In this document: in pieces, positions 27,429 to 33,215 of the stretch | How the letters are laid out: each line of letters starts with the position of its first letter | How positions within the stretch are numbered: the stretch's first letter is position 1 | Sequence record: SRR2962707_1512 | Length of the DNA: 33,215 nt | Reading direction: 5' to 3' (one strand) | The notes under the pieces: generated by a model | What the model was told of the DNA's origin: nothing | Seen by the model: the letters and a program-made list of their open reading frames with translations, nothing else | The model's database searches: none | Made by a program: the position numbers and the translations under genes

Positions 27429-28973
27429 ATGTCCGATTCCACCACGAAGCTGCTCCTGCCCTACATCCTTGCGGCGCAGGCGCAGAAGCATGTCACGCAC
27501 AACGAGGCGCTGCGGCTGCTGGACGGGTTTGTCCAGATGTCTGTCCCTGATCGGGATCTGACCGTTCCACCTGGCGGGGCGTCGGAAGGCGACCGCTACA
27601 TCGTGGCGACGAGCGCGACGGCGGATTGGGCCGGTTGGGACAACGACGTGGCGATGTTCGCTGACGGCGCTTGGTTCCGGCTGCCGCGCCAGGTTGGGTG
27701 GCGTGCGTGGGTCGAGGATGAGGGCGCGCTGGTCGTCTGGGATGGCTCAGTCTGGTTCGACCTCGCCGGTGTGACCGGCGGCGACGGGGCCAGCGCCTAT
27801 GACGTCTGGATCGCCGAGGGAAACACCGGCACCGAGGCCGACTTCCTGGTCTCGCTCATTGGTGCGGATGGCCCGCAGGGGCCGGACGGACAACAGGGAC
27901 CGGCAGGGGCCGATGGGGCCGCGGGACCGCAAGGCCCCGCTGGGGCGGACGGGGCTGATGGCGCGGACGGCACATCGGTGACGATCCTCGGGTCTCTGGC
28001 CTCCACCGGCGACCTGCCGGGGTCGGGAAACACGCCCGGCGATGGGTATGTAATTTTCGGCGACCTGCATGTCTGGGATGGTGCGGCCTGGACCAACATT
28101 GGCCCCATTCAGGGTCCGGCGGGGATCGCGTGGCAAGGCGCATGGGTCACAGCAACGACCTACGAGATCTCGGACGCGGTGGAGCACTTGGGGTCGTCCT
28201 ATCTCTGTATCGTGGATCACACGGCCGACGCTGCATCGGAGCCAGGTGGGGGTGGCAGTTGGGCGGCAAGCTGGGACCTTCTGGCGGCGAAAGGCGAAAC
28301 CGGTGCGACAGGCGCGGCCGGAGCCGACGGTGCAGATGGCGCGACCGGACCCGAAGGACCACAAGGTCCGGCGGGTGTCGATGGTATCGACGGCGCGCCG
28401 GGTGCGGACGGGGTCGATGGCACCGACGGGGTCTCTTTTGTCTGGCAGGGCCCATGGATGTCCGCGACGGCCTACGCGCTGAACGAGGTCGTCGAAAGCG
28501 GCGGGTCAGTCTATATCTGCGTTTCAACCCACACGTCGGCCGCTGCGGACGAGCCCGGCATGGGCGCCAGTTGGGAGACGCGGTGGGACTTGTTCGCATC
28601 AGGCGCGGATCTGTCTGCTCAGGGCACGCTCGGTTCCGGCCCGTTGGTTCTGGCGAGGCGCACCGTAAATGCGCAGGCTGGGTCCTACACGCTGGTGATC
28701 GGCGATGAAGGGGCGGCGATCCACATGACCACCGCCTCGGCCGTCACGCTGACCGTGCCTGCGAACAGCACCGTGGCCTTCCCCATCGGATCAGAAATCG
28801 AGTTGGTCGCACTTGGCGCGGGCGCAGTCACGATTGCGGGCGACACCGGCGTGTCCATCAACGGCGTCTCGGCCGGATCCGCGGATATCGCAGCGCAGTG
28901 GCAAGGCGCGGTTCTCCGGAAGTACGACACGGACGCTTGGCTGCTCATAGGCGCGGTTGGAGAAGTGACATGA
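27429..28973 (+). CDS. DUF2793 tail fibre with collagen-like repeats and two CBM-like modules
   Basis: AQAQKHVTHNEALRLLD N-terminus; two Gly-X-Y tracts; duplicated WQGxW...Y...V...GSxYxC...H...EPG...WDL modules. Confidence 0.88.
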   Translation: MSDSTTKLLLPYILAAQAQKHVTHNEALRLLDGFVQMSVPDRDLTVPPGGASEGDRYIVATSATADWAGWDNDVAMFADGAWFRLPRQVGWRAWVEDEGALVVWDGSVWFDLAGVTGGDGASAYDVWIAEGNTGTEADFLVSLIGADGPQGPDGQQGPAGADGAAGPQGPAGADGADGADGTSVTILGSLASTGDLPGSGNTPGDGYVIFGDLHVWDGAAWTNIGPIQGPAGIAWQGAWVTATTYEISDAVEHLGSSYLCIVDHTADAASEPGGGGSWAASWDLLAAKGETGATGAAGADGADGATGPEGPQGPAGVDGIDGAPGADGVDGTDGVSFVWQGPWMSATAYALNEVVESGGSVYICVSTHTSAAADEPGMGASWETRWDLFASGADLSAQGTLGSGPLVLARRTVNAQAGSYTLVIGDEGAAIHMTTASAVTLTVPANSTVAFPIGSEIELVALGAGAVTIAGDTGVSINGVSAGSADIAAQWQGAVLRKYDTDAWLLIGAVGEVT

Positions 28974-29620
28974 GGCTCGCTGTTCCTGCGCATCACCAGG
29001 CGGCCCGGTATCAATTGGATAATGCTGGCGGCAGCGATGGCGGGCCGTGGACGGATCCGTTCGACGACCCGTCCGGCACCGTGCTGTGGTCGCGCTGGAT
29101 CAACGGCTCAACCTCTGGCACGGCGAAAGATAACTGCGCGCTATGGTCAAACAAGCAAGGGTTCTCGGGTTCAGCCAGCGCCTGCGAATGGCGCACGAAC
29201 TCCGGCTCAGAGCGCGCCAATGTCGAACTGCTGAACTGGGAAGCGCTGAGCCCCGCACCGCTGATCGTCCGGATGCGTTGCAAGGTGGAGACCTATGCGG
29301 TGCCGAAGGTCTGGCTGCTGTTCAACCCGATCTTCACCGATCCGCTCTGGGAAATGTATGTCGATGTGACGCCAGACGGCACGGCTGCGGCAAACCGGGT
29401 CGGGTCCCACAGCCCCGAATGGTCGGACGTGTGGGTCGAGGAACATCCCTCATACCCGGGATGGATGTTCATCAAGGCGCGGCTGGATCTGACCGGGGCG
29501 GCGGATGTCGATGGGTCCTTCACCGTGCACATGACGGATGAGAACAACGGTGATGAGCTGTTCCCGCTGGGTGACTTCGCGATGATTCGGGTTCAGGACC
29601 TTACCATTGAACAGGAATAA
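28970..29620 (+). CDS. Putative fibre-associated, receptor-binding beta-sandwich protein
   Basis: ATGA coupling to the fibre gene; 216 aa, Trp/Asp-rich and beta-like. Confidence 0.55.
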   Translation: MRLAVPAHHQAARYQLDNAGGSDGGPWTDPFDDPSGTVLWSRWINGSTSGTAKDNCALWSNKQGFSGSASACEWRTNSGSERANVELLNWEALSPAPLIVRMRCKVETYAVPKVWLLFNPIFTDPLWEMYVDVTPDGTAAANRVGSHSPEWSDVWVEEHPSYPGWMFIKARLDLTGAADVDGSFTVHMTDENNGDELFPLGDFAMIRVQDLTIEQE

Positions 29621-29772
29621 CGCTGATTTGGCTGCTCAGAAGATTTGTGGATTTGAGCAAGGACCGCCGCAGGCTTATTCGCGGCCAATAGTTTGTATGG
29701 CCGTGGCGATTTGCGCCCTGTGCATTTCTTGTCAGGTATATGAGCAGCGTTCGGGGCTTCAGATCTGCCGAC

Positions 29773-29845
29773 AAAAAAGACCGGCCAGTGCGGGCAACCG
29801 AAAGCACTGCATGCCTCAACAGCCCACCGCACCTGGCCGATCTTT
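29773..29845 (-). ncRNA. Candidate structured RNA or terminator: ~70-nt hairpin ending in U6 on the minus strand
   Basis: Arms at 29776-29793 and 29827-29845 pair over about 18 bp with one bulge and a G-U wobble that exists only on the minus strand. Confidence 0.4.
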
Positions 29846-29991
29846 CCAAAATCACGATGTCAAAGAGCGTGGGCAGAGTCGGTACCTTATGTGGATATTG
29901 CCCCATCTCTGGCGGAAAGTCCTTTCCGGAAATGGGCACAAATGTGCACCTGAAGCCACGCTCGATATCCGCGACCCGCGATCCTTGCCCG

Positions 29992-30165
29992 GGCGCGGCC
30001 GGGGTCGAGGTGGCGCAAAGCGTCCTTGCCGAAACTCAGTCTGCCGTTCTGCCGCTGGTGCCATACCTCGAAACGCTGCGTTGGGTATTCATCGTCGTGG
30101 CGCTCGCGGGCGTCGCGGTCACAATCTATGCCCGTCTTGATGACTGGAAACGGGGACAGCGATGA
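29992..30165 (+). pseudogene. C-terminal remnant of a membrane-anchored endolysin; catalytic part absent
   Basis: GAAGVEVAQSVL...WVFIVVALAGVAVTIYARLDDWKRGQR* parallels the C-terminus of the 18488 endolysin; the upstream sequence is unrelated. Confidence 0.7.
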
Positions 30166-30419
30166 TCGCCAGCAGTCTCGGCGGGATAGCCGCCATCCCA
30201 TGAGCGAGGGCCGCGCTGCGCTACGGTGCGATCGCCCTCACCATCGTCATGTTCCTGCTGTCGATCCGCCGCTCCGGCGAGCGCATCGGTCGCCTGGCGG
30301 AAAGCCTTGAAACCAGGGAGAAGACCAATTAAATTCCACGTCAGATGCTGGAGGCGGCGGCTCGCCGTCCTCGTAATCGCGACGAGCTGGTTGACAGGCT
30401 GCGCGACGGGCGCTTCTGA
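30162..30419 (+). pseudogene. i-spanin pseudogene
   Basis: MIASSLGGIAAIP*ARAALRYGAIALTIVMFLLSIRR...EKTN*IPRQMLEAAARRPRNRDELVDRLRDGRF*; in-frame stops at 30201 and 30330. Confidence 0.75.
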
Positions 30420-30669
30420 ACCCCGCGTCGCGACCGTCTGCCCGTCAGTTGTCCAGTATAGCCGCGAGTTGCAGGCGCGGGTGGCCGAGGAATTGGCGCT
30501 GCTGCCGGACGGATCGGTCGTCGTCGCAATGATGGGGGAATACGCGGTGATTCTGGAGCAGGTGCGAGAGTGCCGCCACAGGCACGCGCGACGACCGTTG
30601 AAATTCACACCACTCGCGTCTAGTCTACCATCCAACCTGTGCCGAGAAAATCCGTCGAACACGACATAA
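30328..30669 (+). pseudogene. o-spanin lipoprotein with a probably lost start codon
   Basis: (I)KFHVRCWRRRLAVLVIATSWLTGC signal and lipobox; ATT stands where an ATG is expected, after a GGGAG RBS-like motif. Confidence 0.6.
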
Positions 30670-30760
30670 ACTTTTCTATTGAAGTATAGGCCTTCTAGGC
30701 TTTGGGCAGTTTACGACGATTAAAAAACTGCTCGGAAGAACCGCAATTTTGGAGTTAGAA

Positions 30761-33215
30761 GTGCATTCAACGGTGACGAGATGCGTTTGCGCAATTTTTT
30801 TCATGGTCCTTGTTCCTTTTGCCTCGCTAGGGCAAACACCAATCGACGCCGAGGCGCGCGTTACTGAACTAATATCCAGCACCGTTCAGCTCGTCCAGAA
30901 AGGCCGATTAGAACAGGCTCTTGAGCAAGCACTGCTTGCCAAGGATATAGCTTCGAGAGACTTAGTCGAAGGCCACATTTTGACTCTCAATGCAAAGAAC
31001 AATCTTGGTTATATCCTAACGCATCTTCATAGATACACTGAAGCGAAGCCCATTCTCGAGGAAGTCAACGAACTTGTTTCGAGCGCAAAGCCGAACTCAG
31101 ATGAGGCCTCCATTTCCCTGCTAAATCTCTCGAACGTTTATTATTTACTGGGGGAGATGGAAGTTTCAGAGCAAATGGTCGAGAGCGTTATTTCCGCAAG
31201 AGTTGACAAGAGCTTGAATGACCCTGTAACGGCTTTTTCTAGGGTCGCTCTTGTTGAGATTCTGCTTGCCAAAACGAAATTGCTAGAGGTTGTTCCACCT
31301 GATTTGATGTCGGAACTTGGATCGCAGGTAGAGCTGCTTTTTGATGGCATCAATTCGCTTCAAGGCGCGGAGAGCCAGCCCTACATGTATTTCAATGCTG
31401 CTTCTGTTGCGGCGAAGGGTTTGCTGTCAATAAACCGTATCGATGACGCCGTTGAGGTTGGCGAGGCTCTTGTCGACTTTTCTGCAAGGCACTTTGGCCA
31501 GCAAAGCGGCCAATATATCTCCGCAAACTCCAACCTTGCGGTGGCCTATGAAGCGGCGAGTGCTCTGCCTCGCGCTGAAGAGCTTTTTTCGATTGCATAT
31601 GAAGCTTCTAAGCGGCTCCACAGAGATGATCATCCCATCCATCGTCAGTTGACATATGCTTATTCTGACTTTCTCGGAGACCGTGGCGATGAAGAGCGTG
31701 CTTCATTGTTGCTCTCGAATATTTGGAATGCAGTCTTTTCTTCCTCGCTTTCCGGTAGCCCCGAGATTGCTCGGATAGGCAATCGTCTTGCGATTAGCTT
31801 CATTCGGCAAGGGAACAGTCTAGAAGCGGTATCAATTATGGAAAACACCGTCCTACTGTCACGTGGCTGGATAGAAATCGAGGCTGATACAGCGGTTGGC
31901 CCTGCTGATCGGAACGAAGTGCTTGCATTGGGAGCGCAGTCCGACTCGGTTGGGTTATCGCTTGCGGCGCAATTCCCGATGGCGGAAACCGCAGAATTGG
32001 CTGCCCTTGTGGTTTTGAATCGGAAAGGACTGCTGGGCGAGAGAGAAGCGGAGTTGCTTCGGCTAGCGCGAACAACCGAAGAGGTGAGCGCTCGGGAGAC
32101 TGCTACGGCGCTGTTGACGGCGCGCAGAGATCTTGCCGCTGCTTTTCGGCGCATTTCATCGAGCAACGGAGCAGACGGAGCCGATCAGATTTTTCAGACC
32201 GTCGCTGCGCGGGTTGGCGGTTTCGAGCGCGACCTTGCATTGGCGGATCCAAGTTACCGCGCGCCTCGGGACATAATAGCCGCAGAAGTCGCTGAGGCCT
32301 TGCCAGCGGACGGGGTACTGATCGACTATACACTCTTCACTCCATATAACTTCGACGCGAGGACTATTGGCGGCAGCGAGCACATTGGCGCGGTGGTGCT
32401 GCGTCCGGGTGCCGAGGCGGTGTTTGTGGATCTCGGACCACTGGCGGCGATGCAGCCGGCGATCGACAGCCTCAGTGAGACGCTGGGCGTGGGTGACGAA
32501 GGCAAAATCGCGGGGAGGACGTTGCACCGAAAGCTCCTCGATCCAATGTCTGAGCACTTGGAAGGTGTCGATACTCTCTTCATCTCGCCAGCTGGCCCGC
32601 TCGGGCTGATCCCCTTCGACATGCTGCGCACCTCGCCGTCGGACGCCTCGACCCTGGCGGCTTCCGGGCCTGCGCTTCGGCTGCTGGCGACTGGCCGGGC
32701 CCTAGTCGCAGAAGCGCCCGAAGCGGCGGGCCAGGGCCTCGTCGCCTTCGGCGCGGTCGACTACGAGCAGGCAGTGGGCGCGACCCCAACGCCAGTGGAG
32801 GCCGAGGAGACGCTGCTGGCGCTCGTCGAGCGAGCCCGGGGCTCGACCGTCGAGACCGTGATCCGGGCCGGCGGGCTACAGAACTTCGGCCCCCTGCCGC
32901 AGACTGCAGTGGAGCTCGACGCCATCGCCGCAATCTGGCGCGAGGCGGGTGGCGCGGTGCCGGAGATGCACATCGGCGCGGGCGCCCAGGAGGGCCGGCT
33001 GACCTCGCTGGCCAGTGCCCCGCGGGTCCTGCACCTGGCCACCCACGGCTTTGTCGAGGAGACTGAGGCGGTGGGCGCACGGGCAGCACTCCTTACAGGC
33101 GTGGCGCTGGCCGGCGCCAACCGGGCCGGCGAGTCCGAGACCGACAGTGACGGCGTGCTCTTCGGCTACGAGATCGAGGCGCTGGATCTCACCGGGACAG
33201 AACTCGTTGTGGTCT
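30761..33215 (+). CDS. Signal-peptide TPR plus CHAT (caspase-like) protease, runs off the right edge
   Basis: Manually translated with no stop from GTG 30761 (GGAG RBS). Signal-like CAIFFMVLVPFASLG; TPR-like NNLGYIL and SNLAVAY; CHAT motifs LFISPAGPLGLIPFDML, LPQTAVE, VLHLATHGF and LDLTGTELVVV. Confidence 0.9.
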   Translation, partial: MHSTVTRCVCAIFFMVLVPFASLGQTPIDAEARVTELISSTVQLVQKGRLEQALEQALLAKDIASRDLVEGHILTLNAKNNLGYILTHLHRYTEAKPILEEVNELVSSAKPNSDEASISLLNLSNVYYLLGEMEVSEQMVESVISARVDKSLNDPVTAFSRVALVEILLAKTKLLEVVPPDLMSELGSQVELLFDGINSLQGAESQPYMYFNAASVAAKGLLSINRIDDAVEVGEALVDFSARHFGQQSGQYISANSNLAVAYEAASALPRAEELFSIAYEASKRLHRDDHPIHRQLTYAYSDFLGDRGDEERASLLLSNIWNAVFSSSLSGSPEIARIGNRLAISFIRQGNSLEAVSIMENTVLLSRGWIEIEADTAVGPADRNEVLALGAQSDSVGLSLAAQFPMAETAELAALVVLNRKGLLGEREAELLRLARTTEEVSARETATALLTARRDLAAAFRRISSSNGADGADQIFQTVAARVGGFERDLALADPSYRAPRDIIAAEVAEALPADGVLIDYTLFTPYNFDARTIGGSEHIGAVVLRPGAEAVFVDLGPLAAMQPAIDSLSETLGVGDEGKIAGRTLHRKLLDPMSEHLEGVDTLFISPAGPLGLIPFDMLRTSPSDASTLAASGPALRLLATGRALVAEAPEAAGQGLVAFGAVDYEQAVGATPTPVEAEETLLALVERARGSTVETVIRAGGLQNFGPLPQTAVELDAIAAIWREAGGAVPEMHIGAGAQEGRLTSLASAPRVLHLATHGFVEETEAVGARAALLTGVALAGANRAGESETDSDGVLFGYEIEALDLTGTELVVV

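Larger units (their letters stand above)
1..30669 (+). mobile_element. Prophage late region: lambda-like head, RcGTA-like tail and lysis genes; left boundary outside the window, right boundary approximate
   Basis: Contiguous, mostly overlapping + strand genes in siphovirus order from terminase to spanins. No integrase or att site is visible in the window. Confidence 0.95.

Noticed and set aside
27429-29620. Diversity-generating retroelement or invertible fibre cassette
   Set aside because: No reverse transcriptase or invertase is present. The duplicated modules differ at all base types, not only at adenines.
29607-30165. ORFs 29607..30140 and 29740..30165 as intact genes
   Set aside because: No RBS or protein-like composition; only the last ~57 codons of the second ORF resemble an endolysin tail.
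31141-33120. Short ORFs listed in the track for the last 2 kb
   Set aside because: All overlap the continuous + strand TPR-CHAT frame.

Overview
Almost the whole window (1 to about 30.7 kb) is the morphogenesis and lysis arm of a high-GC alphaproteobacterial prophage, probably from a Rhodobacteraceae-type host. It pairs a lambda-like head module (Nu1/GpA terminase, gpW, portal, ClpP-type protease, decoration protein, major capsid) with an RcGTA-like tail module (tube, chaperone with a -1 slippery site, tape measure, DUF2460 Dit, DUF2163 hub, NlpC/P60, megatron, DUF2793 fibre). Three accessory insertions interrupt the late operon: a DUF1186/SEC-C gene; a HEPN plus methyltransferase-like gene pair; and an antisense, translationally coupled three-gene operon (XRE-HTH, DUF4258-like nuclease, SeqA-like protein) flanked by related palindromic repeats. 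A block of about 4 kb fuses a beta-helix spike onto Dit and adds an intact lysis cassette inside the tail genes. The lysis cassette at the usual position after the fibre genes is a pseudogene relic. The window ends inside a signal-peptide TPR-CHAT protease gene that the ORF track missed. All family calls come from motif recognition by eye; no database searches were run.
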